A stretch of DNA of 49,988 nucleotides from Boseongicola sp. (GTDB lineage: Bacteria; Pseudomonadota; Alphaproteobacteria; Rhodobacterales; Rhodobacteraceae). The notes under the pieces were generated by a model. The model was not told where the DNA came from and did not search any database. It saw only the letters and a program-made list of their open reading frames with translations. Shown piece by piece: positions 17,450 to 27,213 of the stretch. Location of the stretch: assembly GCA_029287375.1 (NCBI GenBank), contig JARFRG010000087.1, forward strand, positions 1-49,988, read 5' to 3'. The position numbers and the translations under genes were made by a program. The number at the start of each line of letters is the position of its first letter. The first letter of the stretch is position 1.

Positions 17450-17845
17450 TCATTCCGTTGTGCGCCCGTCAAAATGTTCATGAGACGCGTCGGCATCTGC
17501 CTTGGTCTTGTGAATGGTCCCGTCAAGATGCTCGGGCGGGCCATAGATCGTGTAAAGCCGTAACGGCTCTGGCCCGGTATTGACGACGTTGTGCATGGCG
17601 CCTGCCGGAACAATCACGCCGTCGTCGGCTTTGACTTGGTTGGCGACACCGTCAATCCTGACTTCACCGCTGCCCAGTTCGAAACGAAAAAACTGATCTC
17701 GGTCTTCGTGAACCTCTTCGCCTATCTCTTCACCGGGCTGGAGCGTCATCAACACCAACTGGATATTCTGACCGGTGTAGAGAACATGGCGGAAGCTGTC
17801 ATTTTCCTCGGTCAGCTTTTCAATGTTGTCTGCAAAGCCCTTCAT
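17450..17845 (-). CDS. Cupin domain protein
   Basis: GEEIGEEVH..DQFF and VPAGAMHNVVN cupin motifs; GGAGG RBS. Confidence 0.9.
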   Translation of the reverse strand: MKGFADNIEKLTEENDSFRHVLYTGQNIQLVLMTLQPGEEIGEEVHEDRDQFFRFELGSGEVRIDGVANQVKADDGVIVPAGAMHNVVNTGPEPLRLYTIYGPPEHLDGTIHKTKADADASHEHFDGRTTE

Positions 17846-17924
17846 TCGAAAGCCTCCTGATATATGCGTGATTTTACCACTTTGAAATGTTGGCCCCTCA
17901 CTACCGCACTGAAACAATAAACCT

Positions 17925-17938
17925 TTGACATTGATCAA
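17925..17938. promoter_or_regulatory. FNR/FnrL/FixK-type box
   Basis: TTGAC-ATTG-ATCAA, one mismatch to TTGAT-N4-ATCAA. Confidence 0.65.
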
Positions 17939-18003
17939 TCCCCGGCAGTTCCCATCGGCTAGCCAGAACGCGTAGGCGCAGATGCCAATAGCGGGAGTTC
18001 TCC

Positions 18004-18582
18004 ATGACCAGCACCAAAGAAACGAAACACACCACGACAGTTATCGAAGTTCCCGAGGCCGTTGGTGTGTTTGACACGCTCGAAGATCTTCAGGCGGCTT
18101 TCTACGATCTTCGCATGGTGGGATTCACCCGATACGACATCAGCCTTCTCGGCCGACAAGAAGTACTCGAGGAAAAGCTGGGCAAAGGTTATTGGCGCGC
18201 CGCCGATCAGGAAGACAACCCCGAGGCACCACGCGCCAGCTTCGTTTCGCAAGAGGCGATCGGGGAACTTGAGGGCGCAATCGCCGGCGGCTTCTTCTTT
18301 CTGGGGTCATATATTGCAATGGCCGCAATGCTCACTGCTGCCAGCACACTTGCAGCGTCCATTGCCGCAATCGCAATAGGGGGCAGTCCGGCGCTGGTGC
18401 TTGGTGCGTTACTGGCGCGCCGTGTCGGCAAGCAGCACAAAGACTATTACGCAAACCAGATTGACCATGGCGGTATTCTGCTTTGGGTGCGCGTGCACGA
18501 TAAGGCACAAGAAGATCTGGCCATAAAGATCATGAAGGGCCATTCCGGGCGCGACGTTCACGTCCATCCATGGAGCAATTAA
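18004..18582 (+). CDS. Hypothetical membrane protein (general stress/YflT-like layout)
   Basis: AVGVFD start, Gly/Ala-rich hydrophobic hairpin, GGILLWVRV; GGGAG RBS. Confidence 0.7.
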   Translation: MTSTKETKHTTTVIEVPEAVGVFDTLEDLQAAFYDLRMVGFTRYDISLLGRQEVLEEKLGKGYWRAADQEDNPEAPRASFVSQEAIGELEGAIAGGFFFLGSYIAMAAMLTAASTLAASIAAIAIGGSPALVLGALLARRVGKQHKDYYANQIDHGGILLWVRVHDKAQEDLAIKIMKGHSGRDVHVHPWSN

Positions 18583-18669
18583 TCTACGGTATTGCTTGCC
18601 GCGGGCGGTATGCGCATTCGACCGTCATTTTGGCCGCATAGGGCCAAAAAACATCCCGCCAACCCGTCC

Positions 18670-20283
18670 TCACCCAACACCGCCATAAGCAACCCCCGAC
18701 AACGCCTGCATCTCGCGCTTCCACGTCGTCAGATCATCCGCATTGAACTTCGACAGATGGTCATGCCCACAAGCCCGTGCCATTACCTGCATCAACTCCA
18801 CCGACGCTTCAAAGAAATTCGCCAACTGTCGCGCGGATTTTTCCACCACAAGACGGTTCACCAAATGCGGCTTCTGCGTTGCAATCCCGACCGGGCAATT
18901 GTTCGTCTGACAGGCCCGCATCGCCAGACAGCCAATCGCTTGCATCGCCGAGTTTGACACTGCAATCGCGTCCGCTCCCATCGCCAAAGCCTTGATGAAA
19001 TCCGCAGGCTTGCGCAATCCTCCGGTGATCACCAAAGTCACATCCCCGCGCCCCAAAACGTCCAGATGCCGCCTCGCCCGCGCCAAAGCCGGAATAGTCG
19101 GCACCGAGATATTATCCCGGAAAATGATCGGGGCCGCCCCCGTTCCGCCACCACGACCGTCCAGAATGATGTAATCGACACCAACCTCCAAAGCCGCATC
19201 AATGTCCTTTTCGATATGCTGCGCCGACAGCTTGTATCCAATCGGGATCCCGCCCGTGCGATCACGCACCTCGTCGGCAAACGCCTTGATCTGCGATGGC
19301 TTCGTCCATTCGGGGAACCGCGGCGGCGAAATCGCATCCTGACCCTCGTCCAGACCCCGCACTTCGGCAATCTTGCCTTTCACCTTCGCGCCCGGCAAAT
19401 GCCCGCCGGTCCCGGTCTTGGCCCCTTGTCCGCCCTTGAAATGAAACGCCTGAACGTGGGCCAGCTTGTCCCAGTCAAAGCCAAATCGCGCCGAAGCCAA
19501 TTCATAGAAATACCGCGAATTCGCCGCCTGTTCTTCAGGCAACATGCCGCCCTCACCCGAACAAATGCCTGTACCCGCCAACTCTGCACCCCGCGCCAAA
19601 GCCACCTTGGCCGGCTCCGACAATGCCCCAAAGGACATGTCCGAAACGAACAAAGGTATCTTTAGCTTCAAAGGTTTCTGCGCATTCGGTCCGATCACGA
19701 CATCCGTGCCAACCGTATCACCATCCAAAAGCGGCGGCTTATACAATTGCGCCGTCAAAATCTGCAAATCATCCCAGTCCGGCAATTCATTGCGAGGCAC
19801 GCCCATCGATTCAACTTTGCCGTGATGCCCGACCTTGGACAGCCCGTCGCGCGCATATTGCTGGATCAATCCGTTGTAAGGCTCGGCATCTGTGCCGTGC
19901 GACGTATCCGCATACAGTCCCAGATAAGCGTCCCGATTATACGGCTGCGGATTGTCGTCTCCCCATGCGCCAATCTCATCGGCATCCACAAGAATATCAT
20001 CCCCCTCAACCCAGGACGAAAACTTCGGCAACTTCTCATCATTGGCATAGGCCGACACGCCGGTATCCAGCCGATAATCCCAATTGTGTACGCCACAAAT
20101 CAAATCCTTGCCGCGCACAAATCCATCCGACATCAAAGCGCCGCGATGCAAACACCGGCCGTAAAACACCGAAACTTCATCATCAAACCGCACCACCACC
20201 AGATCAACATCGCCCACCAAAGCGTACTGCGGGTCTCGATCAGGGGTCTCGCTAAGCTTGGCCACGGATACCTTGTTCATCAC
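18670..20283 (-). CDS. Rieske domain plus FMN-binding glutamate-synthase-family protein
   Basis: CLH...CGVH Rieske ligands; MSFGALS, SGEGG, GQGAKTGTGGHLPG, CLAMRACQTNNCPVGIATQ. Confidence 0.9.
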   Translation of the reverse strand: MMNKVSVAKLSETPDRDPQYALVGDVDLVVVRFDDEVSVFYGRCLHRGALMSDGFVRGKDLICGVHNWDYRLDTGVSAYANDEKLPKFSSWVEGDDILVDADEIGAWGDDNPQPYNRDAYLGLYADTSHGTDAEPYNGLIQQYARDGLSKVGHHGKVESMGVPRNELPDWDDLQILTAQLYKPPLLDGDTVGTDVVIGPNAQKPLKLKIPLFVSDMSFGALSEPAKVALARGAELAGTGICSGEGGMLPEEQAANSRYFYELASARFGFDWDKLAHVQAFHFKGGQGAKTGTGGHLPGAKVKGKIAEVRGLDEGQDAISPPRFPEWTKPSQIKAFADEVRDRTGGIPIGYKLSAQHIEKDIDAALEVGVDYIILDGRGGGTGAAPIIFRDNISVPTIPALARARRHLDVLGRGDVTLVITGGLRKPADFIKALAMGADAIAVSNSAMQAIGCLAMRACQTNNCPVGIATQKPHLVNRLVVEKSARQLANFFEASVELMQVMARACGHDHLSKFNADDLTTWKREMQALSGVAYGGVG

Positions 20284-20359
20284 GCTCTCCCGGAGTTGCC
20301 TTTTGCACAGGCTTGCACGCCGAAAGAGTAATCACAAAGCAATTTGCGGGATTTGCCCC

Positions 20360-20503
20360 TTAGAGCAGGCGATGATCCGAGGTCGACGCGGCAGCACCGT
20401 CAAAAGCCGCATTGACCCACAGCGTCTTGGACGTCGCCAAGGCGGCAACGGTCGCAAGGGAAAAAAGTATGAAAAAGCAGATCGGAAGAAATCTCGAACT
20501 CAC
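20360..20503 (-). CDS. Small hydrophobic or secreted protein, 47 aa
   Basis: GTG start after AGAGGGG; MSSRFLPICFFILFSLATVAALA...; TTAACCAT CtrA half-site at 20518-20525. Confidence 0.4.
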   Translation of the reverse strand: MSSRFLPICFFILFSLATVAALATSKTLWVNAAFDGAAASTSDHRLL

Positions 20504-20592
20504 GGCGTTGCCCCTCTTTAACCATTTCTCCTTCTTTAACGATGCTCCACCAATTTTCCGTCGCACGCGCCGTCAATTATTACGCGCCAGCC

Positions 20593-21924
20593 CTAACCCC
20601 GCGCCAAAGCCGCCTGAAACGCCAGATACGACGCCTTGGGAGTCCGCGCCTGCGTTTCGTAATCCACATGCACCAGCCCGAACCGTTTGTCGTATCCAAA
20701 GGCCCATTCGAAATTGTCCAATAGCGACCAGGCATAATACCCCTTCACATTGGCCCCGTCCGCAATCGCTCGCTTCACTGCCCCGACATGCGCGTCGAAA
20801 AACGCCACACGCGTTGGATCATCGACCAGACCCGCATCCCCCGGATCAGCCCCCGCCATTCCGTTCTCGGTCACATAAATCGGCAAATCTCCGGTAAACT
20901 CCTGCCCCAGACGCATCAGAAACCCATAGAGACCCTCGGAATAAATTTCCCAACCCATTGCCGTCTTTTCCAGATCGCCGGGGACCGCGCGCTCAGAAGG
21001 CCAGATCGCACCCGGCACCTCCTCGTGGATTGAGCGCGTGTAATAATTGACCCCCAGCCAATCAATCGGCGCCGAAATCGCCGCCATGTCATTCTGCCAA
21101 CCCTCAGGCATATGCGGCTCCAACACCTCCAGAACGTCCGCCGGATAGGCCCCGTGGGTAAGCGCGCCCGCGAACCAGCGATTGTAAATCCCGTCATAGG
21201 TCTTCGCCGCCAGAACATCCGCCTCAGCCTCACTCGCCGGCGTCGAATGCTCGAAATTCAAGACGATCCCAAGGTTCTTCTGCCCCGCCGACCGCATCAC
21301 TTCCAACGACCGCGCATGGGCCACCAACACATGGTGCATCGCCCGCGCCGCTGCGCGAATATCCCGCAAACCCGGCGCATGACCGCCCAGAAAATGCGAC
21401 AACCACGCCACGCACCACGGCTCGTTGATCGTCGCCACTGCGTCCATCCGGTCGCCAATCCGCCCGATCACCGCTTCTGTGTAGTCGGCAAACCACTTAC
21501 CCACATCGGGGTTCGTCCAGCCCCCCAAATCTGCCAGAGCGGATGGCATATCCCAATGGTACAACGTCAGGTTTGGCCTTAGTCCGCGCGCCACCATCCC
21601 GTCCGCCAAACGATCATAGAAATCCAATCCATCAGCACTCACGGTACGCCCATCCGGCATCACCCGAGGCCACATCGTCGAGAACCTGTAAACATCAAAA
21701 TTTCCGTCCCTCACAAGGTCCAGATCCTCACCCCAGCGATTGTAGTGATCACAGGCCACGCCGCCATCTTCGCCATTCACCACATTGCCCGGAGCCGCCG
21801 CGAACGTGTCCCAATGCGATGAACCGGCACCACCAAAGGACGACCCTTCGATCTGATAGGCCGCCGTCGCCGCGCCAAACAAAAAGCCCTCCGGGAAATC
21901 CTTGCGTGTCACCGAAAACGTCAT
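20593..21924 (-). CDS. GH1 beta-glucosidase
   Basis: ATAAYQIEG, YHWD, NEP acid/base, TENG nucleophile, WSLLDNFEW. Confidence 0.95.
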   Translation of the reverse strand: MTFSVTRKDFPEGFLFGAATAAYQIEGSSFGGAGSSHWDTFAAAPGNVVNGEDGGVACDHYNRWGEDLDLVRDGNFDVYRFSTMWPRVMPDGRTVSADGLDFYDRLADGMVARGLRPNLTLYHWDMPSALADLGGWTNPDVGKWFADYTEAVIGRIGDRMDAVATINEPWCVAWLSHFLGGHAPGLRDIRAAARAMHHVLVAHARSLEVMRSAGQKNLGIVLNFEHSTPASEAEADVLAAKTYDGIYNRWFAGALTHGAYPADVLEVLEPHMPEGWQNDMAAISAPIDWLGVNYYTRSIHEEVPGAIWPSERAVPGDLEKTAMGWEIYSEGLYGFLMRLGQEFTGDLPIYVTENGMAGADPGDAGLVDDPTRVAFFDAHVGAVKRAIADGANVKGYYAWSLLDNFEWAFGYDKRFGLVHVDYETQARTPKASYLAFQAALARG

Positions 21925-22072
21925 GCTGCACTCCCTTTAACCCGGTTTTTTCAATGCCTATGGCAAGCAATCAAGTGGGGCAAGAGACTGCCTCCCAGTT
22001 GACCCAGCGCAATGTTCGCGGCACTGCATCCAGCTAAGGTCCGCAGGCAACCAGCGAAAAGCGAGGCATTCA

Positions 22073-22387
22073 ATGCTCGACATCTCTACCGGAAAAGTCG
22101 TCCGCATCATTTTTCTCAGCCGCGAATACGGCCCTGAAAGCGGTCAGTTGTCGGACTATATCTCGGGCCTGAATATCGATGAACAAATCAGCCTCGTCGC
22201 CCTCATGTGGGTCGGGCGTGAAACCTACAGCGCTGACGAATTTGCCGAGGCCCTCGAGACCGCCCGCGTTGAAGCCACGGCGCCAACCGAAAAATACCTC
22301 TCCGGCATCCCCAGTCTGGCGGAATACCTCGAAAGCGGGCTGGACGCTCTCGGCATTGACGTGACCGACGCCGAAGATCACATGTAG
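22073..22387 (+). CDS. DUF3775 family protein
   Basis: LVALMWVGR and YLSGIPSLAEYLESGL motifs. Confidence 0.85.
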   Translation: MLDISTGKVVRIIFLSREYGPESGQLSDYISGLNIDEQISLVALMWVGRETYSADEFAEALETARVEATAPTEKYLSGIPSLAEYLESGLDALGIDVTDAEDHM

Positions 22388-22471
22388 GCGCCCGCAAGCC
22401 CTACAAAGTCTTTACCTTGGTTAACAGTGACACCGCATCTCGCGGTGCCACTGTAGCGCACCGCAAGTCGC

Positions 22472-22500
22472 ACCGACGTAATACCGACGCGATACCGACG
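22472..22500 (+). repeat. Three ACCGACG direct repeats at 11-bp period
   Basis: Copies at 22472, 22483 and 22494, preceded by a hairpin at 22425-22453. Confidence 0.7.
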
Positions 22501-22664
22501 TGGCAAAACCTCCCATTTCCCCTTGTTTTCCGACATTAACCTTTCAAGATCGCAGCGCGCCGCCTCTCCCTGCGCGCGTTGCTCGAAAAAGCATTAACCT
22601 CTCCTGACGCGCCTTGTCAGTTGCCCCCCGTGACGCGCCCGGTCATTCGCGTTACCGTCTCGAA

Positions 22665-23237
22665 ATGGCAGATCCAATCGACGACAAAACCCGCTGTTTC
22701 GGCTCGCACACCGAACTTTACGCCCACTACCACGACACCGAATGGGGTGTGCCTGTTCGCGACGATCAACTCCTCTTCGAGATGCTCATCCTCGAAGGCG
22801 CGCATGCAGGCCTGTCTTGGGAAACCATCCTGAAAAAACGCGGCGGCTATCGCGACGTTTACCACAATTTTGACGTCACCCGCGTCGCCGATATGACCGA
22901 CTTCGAACTGAAAAAGGCGCTGGAAAATCCCGCCATCGTCCGCCACCGCCAAAAGGTACCGGGGGCGCGCAAGAACGCCCGTATCTTTCTGGAAATGCAA
23001 AAGGAATTCGGCAGTTTTTCCGACTGGCTCTGGGCTCATGTCGATGGAAAACCGCTTAAGGGCAACTGGCCCACCGCCGCCGACATCCCGGCGACGACGC
23101 CGCTGTCAGATGCCATTTCGAAAGATCTGAAAAAGCGTGGCATGACCTTCGTCGGACCAACAATTATCTATGCGTATCTGCAAGCCGTTGGTGTTGTGAA
23201 TGATCACCACAAAGGCTGCTGGCGCTACGTCGCCTAA
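22665..23237 (+). CDS. tag: DNA-3-methyladenine glycosylase I
   Basis: RC, YHDTEWG, LEGAHAGLSW, FVGPTI and NDHHKGC motifs. Confidence 0.93.
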   Translation: MADPIDDKTRCFGSHTELYAHYHDTEWGVPVRDDQLLFEMLILEGAHAGLSWETILKKRGGYRDVYHNFDVTRVADMTDFELKKALENPAIVRHRQKVPGARKNARIFLEMQKEFGSFSDWLWAHVDGKPLKGNWPTAADIPATTPLSDAISKDLKKRGMTFVGPTIIYAYLQAVGVVNDHHKGCWRYVA

Positions 23238-24490
23238 CGCAACCGCCGCAGCACCTCATAGCTTGCATATCCATCCGGGATCATCCCCACCGACGCCTGA
23301 AAACGTCGGATCGCCGCAATCGTATTCGGCCCGATAATTCCGTCGACGCCTTGCGTGTTAAACCCACGCCGCGTCAGCAACTGCTGCATCTCGACCTTCT
23401 CGCGATTCGCCAGATTTCGATCCTCACGCGGCCAGCCCGCCTTCAACGGCCCACCCCCCGCAATCCGACCACTCAAAAGCCCCACACCAATCACATAAGC
23501 ATCCGCCGCATTGTAGCGTTCGATGACGTGAAAGTTGTTAAATATCATGAACGCAGCCCCCTGCGCCCCCGCTGGCAAAAGGATCGAAGCGCGCCCGAAA
23601 TCACCGACGCGCGCGCCGTTAACGTCACGCACACCCAAACTGGCCCATTGTGTCGGAGATTTCTTAATTCGCTCGCCGGTCTGTCGATAATCAAATCCGC
23701 GTGGCAATCGCACCTCAACACCCCAAGGTTGGCCCTTGGTCCAGCCGAAATTCTTCAGATACCCTGCCGTGGACGCCAAGGCATCCGTGGGATCATCCGC
23801 CCAGATATCGCGTTTTCCGTCGCGGCGGAAATCCTCGGCATAAGACAAATAGGACGTCGGAATGAATTGCGTGTGTCCCATCGCTCCGGCCCAGGATCCG
23901 CGCATATCGCGGGGCCGCACGTCTCCCGACTGAATGATTTTCAAGGCCGCGATCAGCTGCTGCTCAAAAAACCGCCCGCGTCGCCCGTCAAACGCCAGGG
24001 TCGCCAAGGCCTCGATAATCGGCGTATCGCCCCGAAATGCGCCGTAAGCGCTTTCTAGCCCCCAAATTGCGGCCACGACCTCCGCCTCAACACCGTATCG
24101 CGCTTCGATTTCGCTCAAGACCCGCCGGTTGTCCCGCAAAGCCGCTCGCCCATTGCGCACACGGGTATCTGACACAGCACTGTCCAGATAATCCCAGATC
24201 TGCTTGGTGAACTCTGACTGATTGCGATCCTTTTGAATGACGCTGGTGTTGTACCTAATCCCCTGAAAAGAAGCATTAAATACACTATCGCGAATACCCG
24301 CGGCCCGCGCACGACCTCGAAACTGGTCTATCCAGCGCGAAAAAGCAGCATTCGACGTTTGAGTTTGTGCCAGCACCATCGCTCCTGATTGGGGTCTCGG
24401 CTTTGGATACACCGAAAACTCAGGCGCGGGGCTTGCAACTGCAAATGAGACCGAAAAAAGCACGGCAACTGCCGCCCAAAATACACGCAT
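23234..24490 (-). CDS. Lytic murein transglycosylase (MltB/SltB family) with PG-binding domain
   Basis: AIWGLESAYG, GSWAGAMGHTQF, GQPWG, DGIIGPNT; signal peptide from ATG 24490. Confidence 0.93.
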   Translation of the reverse strand: MRVFWAAVAVLFSVSFAVASPAPEFSVYPKPRPQSGAMVLAQTQTSNAAFSRWIDQFRGRARAAGIRDSVFNASFQGIRYNTSVIQKDRNQSEFTKQIWDYLDSAVSDTRVRNGRAALRDNRRVLSEIEARYGVEAEVVAAIWGLESAYGAFRGDTPIIEALATLAFDGRRGRFFEQQLIAALKIIQSGDVRPRDMRGSWAGAMGHTQFIPTSYLSYAEDFRRDGKRDIWADDPTDALASTAGYLKNFGWTKGQPWGVEVRLPRGFDYRQTGERIKKSPTQWASLGVRDVNGARVGDFGRASILLPAGAQGAAFMIFNNFHVIERYNAADAYVIGVGLLSGRIAGGGPLKAGWPREDRNLANREKVEMQQLLTRRGFNTQGVDGIIGPNTIAAIRRFQASVGMIPDGYASYEVLRRLR

Positions 24491-24590
24491 GCACCACCTG
24501 TTTATTTTACCTGCTCTCCGAAACCCTACGCCCGGATCCGGGATCACGAAAGGCCAAGATTTGGGCGTTGGCGATCTGTTGCCGGTGGTG

Positions 24591-27185
24591 TCAGAACCGC
24601 TCCAGAAGCCGCTTGAGATAATCAAGCTCTTCCGTCGGGCGCTCCTGTTCTCCCGACCGCTTTCTGATCTCGTCAAGCAACTCGCGTGCGCGTCGATACA
24701 CGTCGTCACCCTGCAAAAGCTGCTCGTCCGTGCCAATTCGGCCATTTTGACCTGCTTCGCGTCCCAGCGGATCGCGACCGCCGTTCGGATCGTTCTGGCC
24801 CAATTGCTGGCCCTGCTGTCCGCCTTGCTGTTGCTGCTGCTCGGCCATTTGCTCTGCCAATTCACGCATGCCCTCGCGCAAGGCCTCCATCGCCTGCGAC
24901 TGGCTATCCAGCGCACCTGCGAAATCTTCCTCGCGCAATGCCCCTTCGGCATCGTCCATCGCCTCACCCGCGCGGCCCAAAGCCTCGCGCGCCGCGTCGC
25001 CCTCTGGCGTACCAGCCCCGGGCAAACTGTTCTGCTGCCGGTTCAGCTCGTCGCGCAAAGCCTGCTGGCGGTCCGCCAAACTGCCCTCGCCGTTGCCTTG
25101 CTGTTGCTCCTGACCTCCAGGTTGGCCACCGCCGCCCTGTTCACCGCCTTCGCTACCTTCACCGCCCTGCTGACCATGCTGCGCCCCGCGCCCTTCACCG
25201 TCACCGCCACGCCCCTCATTGCCCTCGGCCTGTCCCGCCTGAGCATTCGGATTGTACTGTTCCTGCAAATCCCGGAACGCTTCGTCCGACAGGCCCTGCT
25301 GCTCGCGCAGCGTCTCGGCCAATCCCTCCATGGCCTGCTCGCCTTCGCCGCCCTGACCTTGCTGGCCCTGCGCGACTTGCATGTTTTCCATCATCTGACG
25401 GAGCTGATCCAGCAACTGCTGCGCTTCGGCCATCCGGCCCTGCTCCATCAGCTCCTGCAGTCGGTCAAGCATGTCCTGAAGCTGCTCGCCCGTCATTTCC
25501 TGCATTTCCTGGTTTTCAGCCATTTCAGGCTGCTCACCGTTCCGCTGCTGCTGCGCAAGCTGGTTCATGTAATCCTGCATCGCCTCACGCAATTCCTGCA
25601 TCAGCTCAGCAATCTCCTCGTCGGTCGCCCCGTTCTCAATCGCTTCGCTCAGACGATCCTGCGCACGCTGAAGCCGCTCAAGAGCATCTCCAAGATCCCC
25701 CTCTTCGATCTCAATGGCCAAACCCCAAAGCGTCGCCGCCGTCTCGTCAACGACCTCGTCCGTCAATCGGCCAAGCGACACGCGCGTCTCAAGCCGGCGC
25801 ACCGCAAACCGCAGTTTCAGATAGACCGTCTCCGACCGGAACACGTCCTCCGGCATAAACGAAACCGCCCGTAAAACCTGTGCCACGCGCGTCGCGTTCG
25901 CCCGGTTCCACAATAGATCGCGGCGCTGCTCAACAATCGCCTTTGCCAGTGGATCAAAGAACCGCTTGCCCGGCAACGTCGCGAACTGAGGCGCAGACAA
26001 CCCCTCGTGACCTGCCGAATCCTCAGCCGTCAGAGACGCCGAGATCGGCAAATTCGCCCAAGGATGCTCGCTGAAATCTTCGATCACCACTTCTGCAAAC
26101 TGCGTTCGATCCCCCGAAATCGTAATCGGGATATCAAGCAGGATCGGCGCACGCGGCTCGGGATCGATGGTCAGACCATAGCGCCGCTCAACCTCAACCA
26201 GATCAAGCGTGATTTCCATCTGTCCCGCCGTCACGCCATAGTCGTCCGAGGCAATAAAGGGCGCCTCCATTCGACCCCCATCTCCCTGCGTCAAAGGCCC
26301 GTCAAATTCGATGGATGGGTTTTCATCCTCGGTGGCCGTGATCGTCCAGCTTTGCCCGCCCGGACCATCAATTCCAACCACACCACTTTGAACGACATCA
26401 AAGGCCTGCACCGGGTCGGTCGCCGGCGGCACATCCTCGGTTCGCGCCGAAACTGTCTCGCTCAAAGTCAGTGCGCCGATCTCACCGTAAAACCGGATCG
26501 TGACCCGGCTGCCTTCCGGCACCTCAAACCCACCGCGTGAAATATCGTTCAGATACAGGCTCGGCAAACCGGTATACAGCGGCGGCTCAACCCAGCCTTC
26601 CCACGAGGGGCCGGCCGCAATCTGGCTCCCGCCCGGCGTCATCTCGGTCACCGATGCCACACGCAGGAAGGATCCAAACAGCAAAGCCACCGTCAGCCCC
26701 AAAAGCGCAACATACCGCAACGCAAAGGGATCGCGCGATGCCAATTGCAAATCCGGCTTGGGTGCCTTCGCAGCCCGCGCCTTTTCCGCCATCCGCGCCA
26801 CATGCGCCGTCCAAACGGCGACCGACGCCGGGTCTCCCGCTCCTATCGCCTGCGCATCTGAAATCGCCGCTATCGGCCGCCCCGGCACGCTGCGATCCAA
26901 CCGGTCCAGCGCATCCGCCGAATGAGGCCACCGAAAGCCCTGAATGCCACGCACCGCAGTCCACAGCGCGCCAAGAACCGAAACAACGCCCAGACCCCAA
27001 ACGGCCTCCAGCGGCAGCATTTCGTGCAATCCAAGCATCAATGCCGCAAGAACAGCGATCAAAACCGACCACAACGGCCAGAATGCCCGCACAGCACGCT
27101 CGGCCACCAAGCCCGCAAAGGTCAGGCGCAACGGCCACAAAAGGCGTTGTGCGGTTTCGGGCGGAAGATCGTGTTGGTCGGTCAT
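24591..27185 (-). CDS. TIGR02302/DUF4175 family protein
   Basis: RDPFALRY, WVEPPLYTG, DDYG, HPWAN, Gln/Gly-rich coiled region, RDPLGR, ELDYLKRLL; next to lysA. Confidence 0.9.
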   Translation of the reverse strand: MTDQHDLPPETAQRLLWPLRLTFAGLVAERAVRAFWPLWSVLIAVLAALMLGLHEMLPLEAVWGLGVVSVLGALWTAVRGIQGFRWPHSADALDRLDRSVPGRPIAAISDAQAIGAGDPASVAVWTAHVARMAEKARAAKAPKPDLQLASRDPFALRYVALLGLTVALLFGSFLRVASVTEMTPGGSQIAAGPSWEGWVEPPLYTGLPSLYLNDISRGGFEVPEGSRVTIRFYGEIGALTLSETVSARTEDVPPATDPVQAFDVVQSGVVGIDGPGGQSWTITATEDENPSIEFDGPLTQGDGGRMEAPFIASDDYGVTAGQMEITLDLVEVERRYGLTIDPEPRAPILLDIPITISGDRTQFAEVVIEDFSEHPWANLPISASLTAEDSAGHEGLSAPQFATLPGKRFFDPLAKAIVEQRRDLLWNRANATRVAQVLRAVSFMPEDVFRSETVYLKLRFAVRRLETRVSLGRLTDEVVDETAATLWGLAIEIEEGDLGDALERLQRAQDRLSEAIENGATDEEIAELMQELREAMQDYMNQLAQQQRNGEQPEMAENQEMQEMTGEQLQDMLDRLQELMEQGRMAEAQQLLDQLRQMMENMQVAQGQQGQGGEGEQAMEGLAETLREQQGLSDEAFRDLQEQYNPNAQAGQAEGNEGRGGDGEGRGAQHGQQGGEGSEGGEQGGGGQPGGQEQQQGNGEGSLADRQQALRDELNRQQNSLPGAGTPEGDAAREALGRAGEAMDDAEGALREEDFAGALDSQSQAMEALREGMRELAEQMAEQQQQQGGQQGQQLGQNDPNGGRDPLGREAGQNGRIGTDEQLLQGDDVYRRARELLDEIRKRSGEQERPTEELDYLKRLLERF

Positions 27186-27213
27186 ATGCCCAACATATAG
27201 GGCCGGGTTCGGA

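Noticed and set aside
17398-18645. Short inverted match CTATGCG/CGCATAG flanking the cupin region as element ends
   Set aside because: Only 7 bp, with no target duplication or recombinase; chance is likely.
22460-22500. Possible CRISPR-like array
   Set aside because: 7-bp repeats with 4-bp spacers are far too short and there are no cas genes.
24900-25600. Gln/Gly low-complexity repeats in the TIGR02302 gene
   Set aside because: This is a normal feature of that family, not a separate element.
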